A DNA stretch of 64,000 nucleotides from Candidatus Moraniibacteriota bacterium. Lineage in GTDB: Bacteria; Patescibacteriota; Minisyncoccia; Moranbacterales; UBA1568. The notes under the pieces are model-generated. The model was not told the DNA's origin, made no database searches, and saw only the letters and a program-made list of their open reading frames with translations. Of the stretch, positions 1 through 10,012 are shown piece by piece. The stretch covers positions 923,957 to 987,956 of the forward strand of contig CP064975.1 in assembly GCA_016699425.1 (NCBI GenBank). Direction: 5' to 3'. The first letter of the stretch is position 1. Each line of letters begins with the position of its first letter. The position numbers and the translations under genes are program-made.

Positions 1-1126
1 TCGCCCGACCTTCGCTCGCGAGGAGCACATCGATGATGACTTCCTCCGGCGGCTTGCTATGGAGATGTGCGATGTCGGAAACCTTGCGCCGAGTGAGCAT
101 TTTACCGATATTGGTCACCGACAGGATCATCGACGAGTAGTCGACCCCGTTCTTCTGCATCTCAGCGACGACCGCGCTCCGGACCTCCGGGTCACGGAGC
201 CGAGCGAGCATGAGTCGCGCGCCATTCTCTGTAATCCACGTCGGCAGGAAAGTGTACAGCACCGAACCGGTCGCCGTATACGGGTAAACATCGAAACTGA
301 TATCTAGCTGGTTCAAAGCCGCCGTCTCGATGAGATTAAACGCCTCATCCATGAGCGGCCAATTCTTCTCCCCCACCGCCTTGAGGTGCGAGATGTGCAG
401 CGGGACTTTCGATTTTTGAGCGACCGTCACGGCTTCTTCTACCGCCCCAACGAGACCCTCTCCTTCATTGCGGACATAGGTCGCATAGACACCCTTCTCG
501 CCCCGGAGCAGTTCCACGAGCCGGAGAATTTCATTGGTGTGGGCACCACGGGCATGCGTATAGAGGAGTCCGGTCGAGAAACCGATCGCCCCTTGGTGGA
601 GCGCTTGTTTCAAGAGTCGCTCCATCACTTCCACTTCGGCATCATGGATCGGTCGTGTTTCATCTTTCATCACGCCGCGACGGAGCGTCCCGTGCCCGAC
701 GAGGGTCGCGAAATTCACCGCCGGCCGGCGCTTCTCTACCGCCGAGAAAAATTCTTCCATCGTGAGCCAGTTGAAATTGACCCGGCTCACATCGGTCCAC
801 TTTTGGATCGAACGGATGATGTCGGCCCGGGTGAGCGGCGCTAGTGACGAGCCGGAGTTCCCTCCGACAATAGTGGTAACCCCCTGATAGAGGAGGCTCT
901 CTAATTCCGGAAAGGCCAGCAGTTCCCAATACGTGTCCGAGTGATTATTGACGTCGATAAACCCGGGGGTAACATATTTGCCCGTCGCATCGATGACCCG
1001 TTCCGCCGCACCGTTCACGTTGCCAATCGCGACGATCCGGTCCTCTTGGACGGCCAGGTCGCCCTGAAACATCGGCTCACCAGAGCCATCGATCAAAGTC
1101 CCGTTCTTGATAAGGACGTCATACAT
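1..1126 (-). CDS. Amidohydrolase, N-acyl-D-amino-acid deacylase (D-aminoacylase)-like; C-terminus beyond window start
   Basis: Manual minus-strand translation from the ATG at 1126 gives MYDVLIKNGTLIDGSGEPMFQGDLAVQEDRIVAIGNV...TPGFIDVNNHSD..., typical of the metal-dependent amidohydrolase/D-aminoacylase fold. It is open to position 1 and is absent from the ORF track because it runs off the edge. Confidence 0.6.
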   Translation of the reverse strand, partial: MYDVLIKNGTLIDGSGEPMFQGDLAVQEDRIVAIGNVNGAAERVIDATGKYVTPGFIDVNNHSDTYWELLAFPELESLLYQGVTTIVGGNSGSSLAPLTRADIIRSIQKWTDVSRVNFNWLTMEEFFSAVEKRRPAVNFATLVGHGTLRRGVMKDETRPIHDAEVEVMERLLKQALHQGAIGFSTGLLYTHARGAHTNEILRLVELLRGEKGVYATYVRNEGEGLVGAVEEAVTVAQKSKVPLHISHLKAVGEKNWPLMDEAFNLIETAALNQLDISFDVYPYTATGSVLYTFLPTWITENGARLMLARLRDPEVRSAVVAEMQKNGVDYSSMILSVTNIGKMLTRRKVSDIAHLHSKPPEEVIIDVLLASEGRA

Positions 1127-1147
1127 ATCGTCCCGCTGATTTTGTTT

Positions 1148-2152
1148 TTACTTCACCAAAGCCGCCATCTCGACGAGGCGGTTCGAGTAACCCCATTCAT
1201 TATCATACCACGCGACCACCTTCACCAGATCACCGTCCACCACCTTGGTAAGCGACAGGTCGACAATTGCTGAGTGCGGATTACCGATAAAGTCAGATGA
1301 AACCAGTGGCTCGTCCGTGACATCTAGTACATGGGCGAAGCGTGGATTGCGGCTCGCTTCGGTCAAGACCGTATTGATCTCTTCCACCGTTGTCTTCTGC
1401 TTCAGGAGAAACGTGAAATCAGTCAGTGATACGACGATGGTCGGGACACGAAACGAAAGCCCATCGAAACGCCCCTTGAGTTCCGGGATCACCTGCGTGA
1501 CAGCAATCGCTGCCCCAGTCGTCGTCGGAACGATATTCTGCGCGGCAGCCCGGGCTCGACGAAAGTCCTTGTGCGGGCCATCTTGCAGTGTCTGATCGGC
1601 CGTGTAGGAATGGATCGTGCTCATGAGCGCCTTCTCGATACCGAAGCGTTCATGAATCACTTTGGCGATCGGGGCGAGGGAATTCGTCGTGCAACTCGCA
1701 TTGGAGATGACGGTTTCGCCAGCGTACTGATCCGCATTGACACCCAGGAGAAAGGTCGGCACCGCTCCATCATCCCCCTTCGACGGGGCCGAGAGCACAA
1801 CACATTTCGCGCCGGCCGTGATGTGCTGCGCCGAAGCGTCTTTATCCGTGAAGCGGCCGGTGCATTCGAGCACGACATCCACCGCCAGGTCCTTCCAGGG
1901 AAGTTTCAGCGGGTCCGGCTCAGCATACACCGGGTAGTCCTTCCCATCGACCGTGAGCTTCTCTTCTCCGACCGTGACCGTCTTGGCGTAGTGGCCATAG
2001 GCCGTATCGTGAGCGAGGAGGTGGGCGAGTATAGATACCTCGGCCAAGTCATTGATAGCGACCACTTCCAGCTCCGGTTTTTCCAACGCGATCTTGAAAG
2101 CCGCTCGACCAATCCGCCCGAAACCGTTGATGGCGATCCGTTTCTTTTCCAT
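1148..2152 (-). CDS. gap: Glyceraldehyde-3-phosphate dehydrogenase
   Basis: 334 aa. N-terminal INGFGRIGR Rossmann motif and an SCTTN catalytic-Cys motif with canonical GAPDH length and layout. Confidence 0.95.
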   Translation of the reverse strand: MEKKRIAINGFGRIGRAAFKIALEKPELEVVAINDLAEVSILAHLLAHDTAYGHYAKTVTVGEEKLTVDGKDYPVYAEPDPLKLPWKDLAVDVVLECTGRFTDKDASAQHITAGAKCVVLSAPSKGDDGAVPTFLLGVNADQYAGETVISNASCTTNSLAPIAKVIHERFGIEKALMSTIHSYTADQTLQDGPHKDFRRARAAAQNIVPTTTGAAIAVTQVIPELKGRFDGLSFRVPTIVVSLTDFTFLLKQKTTVEEINTVLTEASRNPRFAHVLDVTDEPLVSSDFIGNPHSAIVDLSLTKVVDGDLVKVVAWYDNEWGYSNRLVEMAALVK

Positions 2153-2172
2153 AACCCTGTGTGTGTTTATGT

Positions 2173-3033
2173 TTAGGCTTTGCCGGTTGAACCGAAAAGG
2201 TCCATCTTCCGCTTCACCGCTTCACGGAAACTCTCCCGCGCAGGCATGAGAATTTTCCGGATATCCACCGCTTCGTTTGTCGGCAAGGTCTCACGCAAGG
2301 TCGTGATGAACGCTGTCTTGGTCGCCGTCTCGACATTGAAACAGGCGACGCCGAGCCCGATCACGCGCGCGACTTTTTCTCCTTCCCAATCCGATGCCCC
2401 ATGCAGGACGAGCGGGAGTTTGATGCGCTCACGGATCGCCGCCAACCGATCAAAATCCGGTTCTGATCGTTCAGGAAATGAACCATGCGCATTGCCGATG
2501 CCGACCGCCAGCGTATCCACCCCGGTCGTTCGAACATACGCATCGGCTTGGGCTGGATTCGTCATGTACTTGTCCCAGTCCATATGCTCCATATCCGTCA
2601 CTTCCCCCTTGTACGGCACATTGCCGAGCTCGCCCTGGACGGTCGCGCCCTTGGTATGGGCTTCACGGACGATCGTCGCGGTCGCCTCCATATTTTCTTC
2701 ATAGGGCAGGGTCGAGGCATCCATCATGACCGACTTGAAGCCGATCGCGAGCGCCTCACGGACCACTGCCAGGTTACGCCCATGATCGAGATGGATCGCT
2801 AGCGGGATATCGGGGAAATAAAAGTCGGCGATATTCTTCACGAGATGATACATCGCATGCCCTCCGCCATACTGAAATGTCTTCTCCGTCATTTGTACGA
2901 TGACCGGTGAATGTTTTTCGGCGGCCGCTTCCAGGATGGCCCACGTCGTCTCGAGATTGACAGTATTGAACGCGCCGACGGCATACCCTTTTGTCTGCGC
3001 TTCCGTGAGGATTTTCTTGGCCGAAATAATCAT
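2173..3033 (-). CDS. fba: Class II fructose-bisphosphate aldolase
   Basis: Class II FBA/tagatose-bisphosphate aldolase family motifs (HLDHG, GNAHG...). The track ORF starts at an upstream alternative codon. The internal ATG (MIISAKKIL) at 3033 overlaps the tpiA stop in an ATGA arrangement. Confidence 0.88.
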   Translation of the reverse strand: MIISAKKILTEAQTKGYAVGAFNTVNLETTWAILEAAAEKHSPVIVQMTEKTFQYGGGHAMYHLVKNIADFYFPDIPLAIHLDHGRNLAVVREALAIGFKSVMMDASTLPYEENMEATATIVREAHTKGATVQGELGNVPYKGEVTDMEHMDWDKYMTNPAQADAYVRTTGVDTLAVGIGNAHGSFPERSEPDFDRLAAIRERIKLPLVLHGASDWEGEKVARVIGLGVACFNVETATKTAFITTLRETLPTNEAVDIRKILMPARESFREAVKRKMDLFGSTGKA

Positions 3034-3821
3034 AGTGTTTGCGATACGGGGTGACTGAAGGTATGTTCCGCCTCGAGTAGCATCTTCACGAGTTCGCGCG
3101 GATAGAGACTCTCTCCGCCGACGAGGACACCGGACATCTCTGCTTCCCAAGACACTGACGCGAGAGCCGTCGCTTTGACTGATCCGCCATAGATCACCGT
3201 CATCCGCTCGGCAAACGCCGGATCATAAAGCCCGGAGAACAGCTTACGGAGGTACACCTTCACCTGAAGGATATCCGCGGTCGTCGGCGTCACGCCCGTC
3301 CCGATCGCCCAGCGCGGCTCATAGGCGATGATCACCCGCTGTGCTAAAAGCGGTGAGAGATCGTCGAACACGGTCCGTACCGTTCGCTCAATGACCGTTG
3401 TCGTCTGCTCACGCTGACGTTCCTCTGCCGTCTCGCCGAGGCAGACGATGGGAATGATTCCTTCTTTCAAGGCCAGTCTGGTTTTCTTCGCGACGAGCGC
3501 ATCCGTCTCACCGGCATACGCCCGGCGTTCGCTGTGACCGAGGATGACATGTCCGACACCGGCATCGCGCAGCATCGCAGGAGAGATCTCGCCCGTGAAG
3601 GCGCCTTTCAGTTCCCACCCCATTGTCTGTGCGGCCAATGTGAAACCCGCTGGCAAATGACTGAAAGCGTGGAGATGGATCGCGGGTGGCGCGATGATCC
3701 CCCGGCTATGGGCGAAGGTCTTGCCTACGGACTCCCGCCGCAGCTGGGACAAGTACTCATTCACCTCAGTATGGGTGAGGAGGTGCATCTTGAGATTGCC
3801 GATGACGAGAAACGGTGACAT
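3030..3821 (-). CDS. tpiA: Triosephosphate isomerase
   Basis: 263 aa. Contains IAYEPRWAIGTG (TIM active-site signature) and GHSERR. Confidence 0.93.
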   Translation of the reverse strand: MSPFLVIGNLKMHLLTHTEVNEYLSQLRRESVGKTFAHSRGIIAPPAIHLHAFSHLPAGFTLAAQTMGWELKGAFTGEISPAMLRDAGVGHVILGHSERRAYAGETDALVAKKTRLALKEGIIPIVCLGETAEERQREQTTTVIERTVRTVFDDLSPLLAQRVIIAYEPRWAIGTGVTPTTADILQVKVYLRKLFSGLYDPAFAERMTVIYGGSVKATALASVSWEAEMSGVLVGGESLYPRELVKMLLEAEHTFSHPVSQTL

Positions 3822-3824
3822 AGG

Positions 3825-4895
3825 CTACGCGCTCTCGAGTTTCTCCCGCAGGAAGGCGGCCGCCGTTTCCGGCTCGATCGAAGAGATCTCAATCCCCGTG
3901 GACAGCTCGAATCCTGCCCAGGTCGCTGTGTGCGGTGCGATCTCGATATGCCACTGAAAATGCGGGTATTCCTTGCCATCGCAAGGTGCGGTGTAGAGAT
4001 AAAAGTTGTACGCCGGATCGCCGAGACCACGATACAGTACTTGGAGCGCCTTCTGAAGGGCCTCACCGCAGGCGAATTTCTCCTCATCGGTAATGCGCTC
4101 GAAGTACGGGTTCGGACGCTTTCCCACGACCCACAATTCAAACGCGACCCGTGAAGCATACGGCGCAAAAACAACGAAGTCATCGTTTTCGAAGACGAGC
4201 CGTTTCTTTTTCTCGCGCTCATACTCAACCATTGTCCCGTAGACCCGCTGCCGGTGGCTCTTGTAGAAACGCTCCGCCCCCGAGAGAATCGACTCGACAT
4301 AGGGCGCGACTACCGGGATCGCCATCAGCTGCGAATGCGGATGCGGGACAGACGCCCCGGCCTCGTGGCCGTGATTATGGAAAATCTGAATATAATTCAC
4401 GCTCGCCTTGTTCATGAGCGAGAGGTAGCGATCCTGATAGGCATCGAGGAGTTCGGCCACTTGCCAGGTCTCGAGTTCGGCGATCGAGCGCAAGGCATCG
4501 CGCGTCACGATCACCTCATGGTACCCGACCGCTGACATGCCGAAATATGGACCGTCCGCGAGCGACTTGGGTCGCCCGTTCGAGCGCGACACGGCCGGAA
4601 ACTTATTCGGGAAGACACGCAAGCTCCAATCCCCGTCGGGACGCATATAGATGAGCATATCCTCCTCTTGGCCACTCGCTTTTGGGTCTTCGAAAATATC
4701 CGGACTCTCTATGCCCGTCACTCGGGGCGGCGTGACGAAATCATCCGGCCGCTTCCCTCGGGCGGTTGCGATGATGACCCAGTCCCCCGTCACGATATCC
4801 TGCCGGAGTTCTGATGTGGATCGCTGTTTTTTATCTTGTGACTTCTCTGCTTCGCCTGCCATGGCTTTTGTTCTTGTGTGTTTTTGGGTTCTCAC
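3825..4895 (-). CDS. galT: Galactose-1-phosphate uridylyltransferase family protein (HIT-like GalT)
   Basis: 356 aa. Two half-domains with an HPHSQ (HxHxQ-type) nucleotidyl-transfer motif and GalT-like spacing. Confidence 0.75.
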   Translation of the reverse strand: MRTQKHTRTKAMAGEAEKSQDKKQRSTSELRQDIVTGDWVIIATARGKRPDDFVTPPRVTGIESPDIFEDPKASGQEEDMLIYMRPDGDWSLRVFPNKFPAVSRSNGRPKSLADGPYFGMSAVGYHEVIVTRDALRSIAELETWQVAELLDAYQDRYLSLMNKASVNYIQIFHNHGHEAGASVPHPHSQLMAIPVVAPYVESILSGAERFYKSHRQRVYGTMVEYEREKKKRLVFENDDFVVFAPYASRVAFELWVVGKRPNPYFERITDEEKFACGEALQKALQVLYRGLGDPAYNFYLYTAPCDGKEYPHFQWHIEIAPHTATWAGFELSTGIEISSIEPETAAAFLREKLESA

Positions 4896-4920
4896 CGATG
4901 CCTCTGTCGGACATTTGTCC

Positions 4921-5685
4921 TCACTGGATCTTATACTGACCAGTCAGGAGTCGCCACTTCGTCTTGAAGAGATCAATCAAGACCTGGATGAAACCATTCG
5001 GACCCGTGAGACTCACCGTTGAGCCCTCCTCATTCATCCAGCGAACGGGGATCTGTTTGATCTTGAAACCAAGCTTCTCCGCTAGAATAATCAGTTCGAA
5101 ATCAAAACCGAAGCGGTCCACGACCATCCGACTCGCGACCGCGTCAGCCGCCTTGGCCGAGAGCGCCTTGAAGCCGCATTGCGTATCCGGGAAACTCCAG
5201 AGACCGAGCACAATACGGATGAGCCAGTTACCGCCTTCGCCCATAATTTCACGGTGACGGGGCTGATGGACTTGGATGAAGGAACCCTCGATCTTGCGCG
5301 AACCAATGACGACATCATAGCCTTCCTGAAAGAATGGAAGACAGGCATCGAGATGTGTGATAGCGGTCGAGCCGTCGGCATCGAGAAAGACCCGATACTC
5401 GCCCTTGCCCTCAAGCAGTGCCTGACGCACTACATAGCCCTTGCCATGATTCTCCGGATTATTGATGACGCGGAGGTTCGGAACCGTCAGCGCATAATTG
5501 CTCGCCACAGCGGCTGTGTTGTCGGGCGATCCATCGACGACGACGACGATTTCATACGTGAAGGACTTGCTCTTCAAATAACGGTCAATCTCGAGGAGGT
5601 TGTGCCCGATGCGCTCCCCTTCTTTGTATGCAGGAATCAGGACCGACAGATACGGGGTGGTCTCCATACGGACTAGCTCAATCAA
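4921..5685 (-). CDS. Family 2 glycosyltransferase (dolichyl-phosphate sugar synthase-like)
   Basis: 254 aa. Starts LSVLIPAYKE and contains VVVDGSPDNT and DAD motifs typical of GT2/DPM-synthase-like enzymes. Confidence 0.8.
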   Translation of the reverse strand: MIELVRMETTPYLSVLIPAYKEGERIGHNLLEIDRYLKSKSFTYEIVVVVDGSPDNTAAVASNYALTVPNLRVINNPENHGKGYVVRQALLEGKGEYRVFLDADGSTAITHLDACLPFFQEGYDVVIGSRKIEGSFIQVHQPRHREIMGEGGNWLIRIVLGLWSFPDTQCGFKALSAKAADAVASRMVVDRFGFDFELIILAEKLGFKIKQIPVRWMNEEGSTVSLTGPNGFIQVLIDLFKTKWRLLTGQYKIQ

Positions 5686-5745
5686 ATCTTATAGCTTTAT
5701 TGTACCATAATCAGCTTCTGCAAGCATCGAAGATGCCGGAAATTG

Positions 5746-5816
5746 TCGGGCTGCCGGGAATCGAACCCGGCCTACGTGCACCCCATGCACGCGTACTGCC
5801 GATATACTACAGCCCG
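5746..5816 (-). tRNA. tRNA-Pro (anticodon GGG)
   Basis: The reverse complement folds as a cloverleaf. It has a 7-bp acceptor stem (CGGGCTG/CAGCCCG), anticodon stem CGTGC/GCACG with loop ATGGGGT, and T-arm CCGGG-TTCGATT-CCCGG. No CCA is encoded. Confidence 0.8.
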
Positions 5817-6291
5817 TATTTTTGTTCCTCTCGATTGCCTTCTGAAACACAGTGAGGATATCAAACCGAAGGAGAAATGAAAAGGAGCCCGGATCGCGGT
5901 ACTCCTTCCTTCGCTGCAGCGCAGCTAGGTTCGCCACGGGTAGTGGCTGTGTCGCTCGTTCACGACTCTACACGTTCTTCTTCGAATCCGCACGATGCGC
6001 TTGCCAGCGCGTCGAGGGCTGAGTGCGGAGGTTGGGATTGGTCACCCCGGAGTCATCCACACACAGCCGTCTATTGATTATCTCGAGCGGCGACAACCAC
6101 TCCCCATCCAGAGCAACGACCGGCAGATCCAGACCACTAAGGTCACCTTCTTGTGCGTTCATTTTGCACTCCTTCTCACAAAACAAGAACCACAGCAGGT
6201 GCATATCTTCCGACAGCACCCACCACCTACTCCTCGATCACCCACCGAGAAATATACGCTATCCTATACCTCCTGGATTTTTTTGCAAGGG

Positions 6292-6321
6292 GATGAAAAA
6301 AGGACCCTGTCAAGGGCCCTG
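6292..6321 (-). terminator. Rho-independent terminator downstream of ndk
   Basis: Minus-strand reading shows GGGCCCTTGACAGGGTCC followed by TTTTTTT, directly after the ndk stop. Confidence 0.6.
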
Positions 6322-6339
6322 ATTTCCCGGCTTGGAGAC

Positions 6340-6948
6340 TTACTCCAGAATGCCGTCGAGGTTCACATCGTAGAGGATTTGCTCTTGGACGAGACGGTAG
6401 TTGATGAGCTCTTCGGGCGTAAACCAGATGGCAATTTCACGCTCGGCTTCCTCAGGACTGTCAGAACAATGAATGAGGTTACGCACGGCCCGGTTGTCGA
6501 TGGCCGATAGACTGTAGGTGTCGATGGTGAAATCCCCGCGGATCGTCCCGACATCGGATGTACTGGGTTCGGTACTCCCCACCAGCTTGGTCGTGATTGC
6601 GACTGAACCCAGCCCCTCCACTACGAGACCGAGTACTGGTCCGGATGTCATGTATTCGACGATGGTACGGATGATGTCTTTGCCGTATTCAAGCGGCTCC
6701 TGCTCAATCGGCAGATCATGAGCCTTGCGGTCATCGATGACGCGCTGCCCCTTCTTCAGATACCACTCCTCGTTCTTCTGATAGTGTTCCCAGCACTGTT
6801 CCTCTTTGGCGACCATGAATTTCACCGCCACGAGCTTCAACCCAGTCCGCTCGATCCGGCGGATGACCTCTCCGATGAGTGAGCGTTGGATGGCGTCTGG
6901 CTTCAGGATCACGAGAGTGCGTTCTTTCTTCGGATGTGCGACAGCCAT
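6340..6948 (-). CDS. ndk: Nucleoside diphosphate kinase (long form with insertion)
   Basis: 202 aa. Contains ERTLVILKPD and NLIHCSD (active-site His region). It is longer than the typical about 140 aa form. Confidence 0.88.
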   Translation of the reverse strand: MAVAHPKKERTLVILKPDAIQRSLIGEVIRRIERTGLKLVAVKFMVAKEEQCWEHYQKNEEWYLKKGQRVIDDRKAHDLPIEQEPLEYGKDIIRTIVEYMTSGPVLGLVVEGLGSVAITTKLVGSTEPSTSDVGTIRGDFTIDTYSLSAIDNRAVRNLIHCSDSPEEAEREIAIWFTPEELINYRLVQEQILYDVNLDGILE

Positions 6949-7077
6949 AGACCTTCCTTTTAGAGAAAACGATTACGCTGGGACTGTAACACGAAAGGTT
7001 GTTTTCTGCAAGACGTGACACTCCTTCTCGGAAAACAACACCCAACAGACGGTGTAGATGCCTTACGAGACGCAGGT

Positions 7078-7926
7078 TTATCGTTCCCGCTGACAGGCAT
7101 TTTCCCGACAGCGGTAGACGATATCGCCCTCCATGTCAGTCCGTGAGACATTGACCCCGTGTGTCTGGAGCCGCTCCAAGACGGCCGGATGAGGATGTCC
7201 GTACGTATTCTTCCCGACCGAAATGATCGCTGCCTCTGGCCGCACCAGATCTAGTAAGGCATCGCTGGTCGAATACCGCGAGCCGTGATGACCGGCTTTC
7301 AGCACATCGACCGGCGTGAGATCAGGGATAAACCGCTCCTCATCGGGGAGGTCGCCCGTGAAGAGGAAACTCGTCTCGCCGTACTCGAAGCGCGCCACCA
7401 CACTCCCCTCATTCGTCTCAGGCACATCGGCTGGCTCTGGCGCATACGGATAAACGACGGACAATGCCCCGCCACCCGGCAATGTCACGCTCGTACCGCG
7501 CAGTGCCGGGACCCGGTCCGCCCCCTCCTGTTCCAAGTCGCGATAAAAGAGAAAAGCCGACCGCGTATCCGTCCGGGCCCCCGTATCGAGCACGGTCTTC
7601 ACCCGGTAGCGTTCGAGGAGAGCGGACAACCCGCCGATATGGTCCGCATCGGGATGGGTCGGGATGAGGACTTCGATGGTCCGATCATAGAACGGCACAT
7701 GACGGCCGAGCCGCGAGAGGAGGAGTCGCCCATCGCGTCCACCATCGATGACGATTTGATTCATCCCCTGGCTGATGAGGATGGCATCTCCTTGGCCGAC
7801 CGAGAGGAAGACTACTTTCGTTTCAGCGGCATTGGTCTGGATGAAAAACAACCACAACCCGAAGGCGAGGGTAAATGTCGCCAGCGCGCCGATCAAAACT
7901 GATTTAGTGATCCATCCCCAATACAT
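7078..7926 (-). CDS. comEC: ComEC/Rec2 C-terminal metallo-beta-lactamase domain ORF (split comEC, part 2)
   Basis: TM helix followed by VVFLSVGQGDAILI...HPDADHIGG...KAGHHGS, the MBL-fold motifs of the ComEC C-terminal domain. The track ORF begins at a TTG at 7992. The first ATG is at 7926. Confidence 0.8.
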   Translation of the reverse strand: MYWGWITKSVLIGALATFTLAFGLWLFFIQTNAAETKVVFLSVGQGDAILISQGMNQIVIDGGRDGRLLLSRLGRHVPFYDRTIEVLIPTHPDADHIGGLSALLERYRVKTVLDTGARTDTRSAFLFYRDLEQEGADRVPALRGTSVTLPGGGALSVVYPYAPEPADVPETNEGSVVARFEYGETSFLFTGDLPDEERFIPDLTPVDVLKAGHHGSRYSTSDALLDLVRPEAAIISVGKNTYGHPHPAVLERLQTHGVNVSRTDMEGDIVYRCRENACQRER

Positions 7927-9412
7927 AGCGTTTCCGTATTCTTTCGAGCCCGTAGACGGCCAGTCCCAAACCGACATACCAGAGTACGGCAAAAGACGGT
8001 GTCATGTCGAGCCCTGACAGATTGGCCCAGGGGACAACCGCCAGCCCTTCGGCTAGCCGGATGATCAGAGCGAGTGGCAGCCAGACGAGCGGCATGAGGA
8101 GGAATCCCAAACTCGGTACCAGCGCGGCCAGTCCGATAGCGGCCATACCGACAAACATGGCGATCGGAACGAGTGGCAAGACGAGCGCATTCGCGAATGG
8201 CGCCACCAACGATACGGTCCCAAAGGCCGAGATGATGATCGGTAGCGTGAAGAGTTCTATCACGATCGTCGTGAGGAACAGCGCCGACAGCTTGCCGTAC
8301 CAGCGTCGGAAGAATGCAAAAGTCTCGAAATGTCGGGCGAAGACGAGGAGGGCGAGCGTCGCGAGAAATGACAATTGAAATCCGACATCAAAGCGGATGA
8401 GGAGCGGATTGAAGCAGAGCATCACGACCCCCGCGAGCAAGAGTCCGTTCCACGAAGCAGCCGGCCGACCGACGAAATAGGCTCCGAACGCGAGCCACGC
8501 CATGAGAGCGGCCCGGAGCGATGCAGCCGATCCGTCGATGATGAGGAGAAAGAGTGCAAGCCCGATGACTGCCAAACCGACGGCCAGGCGCCGCCACAGT
8601 CCCAGTACGAGCGAGAGGATGACGAGTCCCTCCGCGACCACGCTCATGTTATACCCCGACACCGCGACGATATGTGACAGTCCGGCCCGAGCAAAGGCCG
8701 CTTTCGTCTCCGGGGCGAGCGTATCACTCCCACCGATGAGGAGCCCGGACAAGAGCCCCGCCTCCGGTTCCGGGATGAGCGCCTTGATCCGGGCCTGGAG
8801 TCCCGACTGAATGGAAGCCAGCCTCTGCCGAAGACTGACCCCTTCGCTCGGCGAAAGACGGCTCTGGCCGCCGTGTTCGCAGACATATCCCACGCCCCGC
8901 GTCGCGAGGAGTAACCGATAGTCGAACCCTGGCTCGAAGTTCTCGGGACGCGATACGGCGCACTGGAAATCCCATTGCTCACCCGGCATTCCGACAACAT
9001 CAGTCGGGGAACGATAGAGGATGTCACCGCCCGACCATATGACGTCGATCGGCCGCAGCGTCATCGGTCGATAGAACACCTTCGCTTCGCCGCGCTCGAT
9101 GATTTCTACCGGACCCATAAACGCTACCGTTTCCGGCAACACGTACCAACGAGTGAAGGCCTGAGTATACAAAAACATCCCCGCCCCGAATGCGAGCGCG
9201 CTGATAATTCCCAGCATGATTCGTTCGCGACTCGGAAAGAGACTCGCTATGATGATCGCCACTACCAGGCCGAGGAGCGCCAACACGCGCGCTTCAGTCC
9301 CCGCCCACGCGGACAAGAGCATCCCCGCCGAGAGTCCGATCGCTATCCCCGTCACCCACCTGGACATATCCGTATCCGCTCGCTCCGCTCTGGCGCGCTC
9401 CCGCGTAGTCAT
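7904..9412 (-). CDS. comEC: ComEC/Rec2 competence-domain polytopic membrane protein (split comEC, part 1)
   Basis: 502 aa with many TM helices. Has an N-terminal DUF4131-like region and a competence-domain hydrophobic core. It ends 23 nt inside the downstream MBL ORF, in a different frame. Confidence 0.8.
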   Translation of the reverse strand: MTTRERARAERADTDMSRWVTGIAIGLSAGMLLSAWAGTEARVLALLGLVVAIIIASLFPSRERIMLGIISALAFGAGMFLYTQAFTRWYVLPETVAFMGPVEIIERGEAKVFYRPMTLRPIDVIWSGGDILYRSPTDVVGMPGEQWDFQCAVSRPENFEPGFDYRLLLATRGVGYVCEHGGQSRLSPSEGVSLRQRLASIQSGLQARIKALIPEPEAGLLSGLLIGGSDTLAPETKAAFARAGLSHIVAVSGYNMSVVAEGLVILSLVLGLWRRLAVGLAVIGLALFLLIIDGSAASLRAALMAWLAFGAYFVGRPAASWNGLLLAGVVMLCFNPLLIRFDVGFQLSFLATLALLVFARHFETFAFFRRWYGKLSALFLTTIVIELFTLPIIISAFGTVSLVAPFANALVLPLVPIAMFVGMAAIGLAALVPSLGFLLMPLVWLPLALIIRLAEGLAVVPWANLSGLDMTPSFAVLWYVGLGLAVYGLERIRKRYVLGMDH

Positions 9413-9415
9413 GAA

Positions 9416-9868
9416 TTACTGATCGAATTTCTCGAGCACTCGGCGGAAGCCCCGCGCGCTGCCGAACGACTGGTAGACGCTCGCGAAGCGGATATACGCC
9501 ACCTCATCGAGGTCTTTCAATTTATCCAAAATGATCGTGCCGATATCGCGGCTGGCGATTTGATTCTTCTTCGCCCGTTCAGCAATCGTGTATTCGATCG
9601 CCCCCAAGAGCTTCTCCAGTCGATCATCCCCCATCGGCCGCTTTTCGAAGGCCTTGCGCAGTCCCACTTCGATCTTCTTGCGCTCATAGGGTTGATGCGA
9701 GCCGTCTTTCTTCACCACCGACACCCGAAAGAGCTCGGCCTGTTCATGCGTCGAGAATCGCGCCTGGCACGACAGACACTCGCGGCGCCGGCGGATGACT
9801 CGGCCTTCAAGCGTCTCGCGTGAGTCCGTTACTTTGGATTCGGGGTGATTGCAAAAGGGGCAGCGCAT
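9416..9868 (-). CDS. nrdR: Transcriptional repressor NrdR
   Basis: 150 aa. Has an MRCPFCNHPESKVTDSRE...C..C zinc ribbon plus an ATP-cone domain. Confidence 0.93.
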   Translation of the reverse strand: MRCPFCNHPESKVTDSRETLEGRVIRRRRECLSCQARFSTHEQAELFRVSVVKKDGSHQPYERKKIEVGLRKAFEKRPMGDDRLEKLLGAIEYTIAERAKKNQIASRDIGTIILDKLKDLDEVAYIRFASVYQSFGSARGFRRVLEKFDQ

Positions 9869-9956
9869 AGGGACTCAGGGGTTAGCTTGTAGCTGGTAGG
9901 GGGGGGTTAGGGGGATGCGAATCAAAGATCGTCCTTCACTCTAGCAAATTGGCGTC

Positions 9957-9990
9957 AAAAGAAAAGGCCGCCCAGTGTTGCTAGGCGGCG
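9957..9990 (-). terminator. Terminator-like hairpin (copy 1 of an identical 34-nt element)
   Basis: Minus-strand reading shows a GCCGCC...GGCGGC stem followed by TTTTCTTTT, directly downstream of the 324-aa ORF. It is identical to 11057..11090. Confidence 0.5.
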
Positions 9991-10012
9991 GAGAGGGAAC
10001 GAGGCCCTCACT

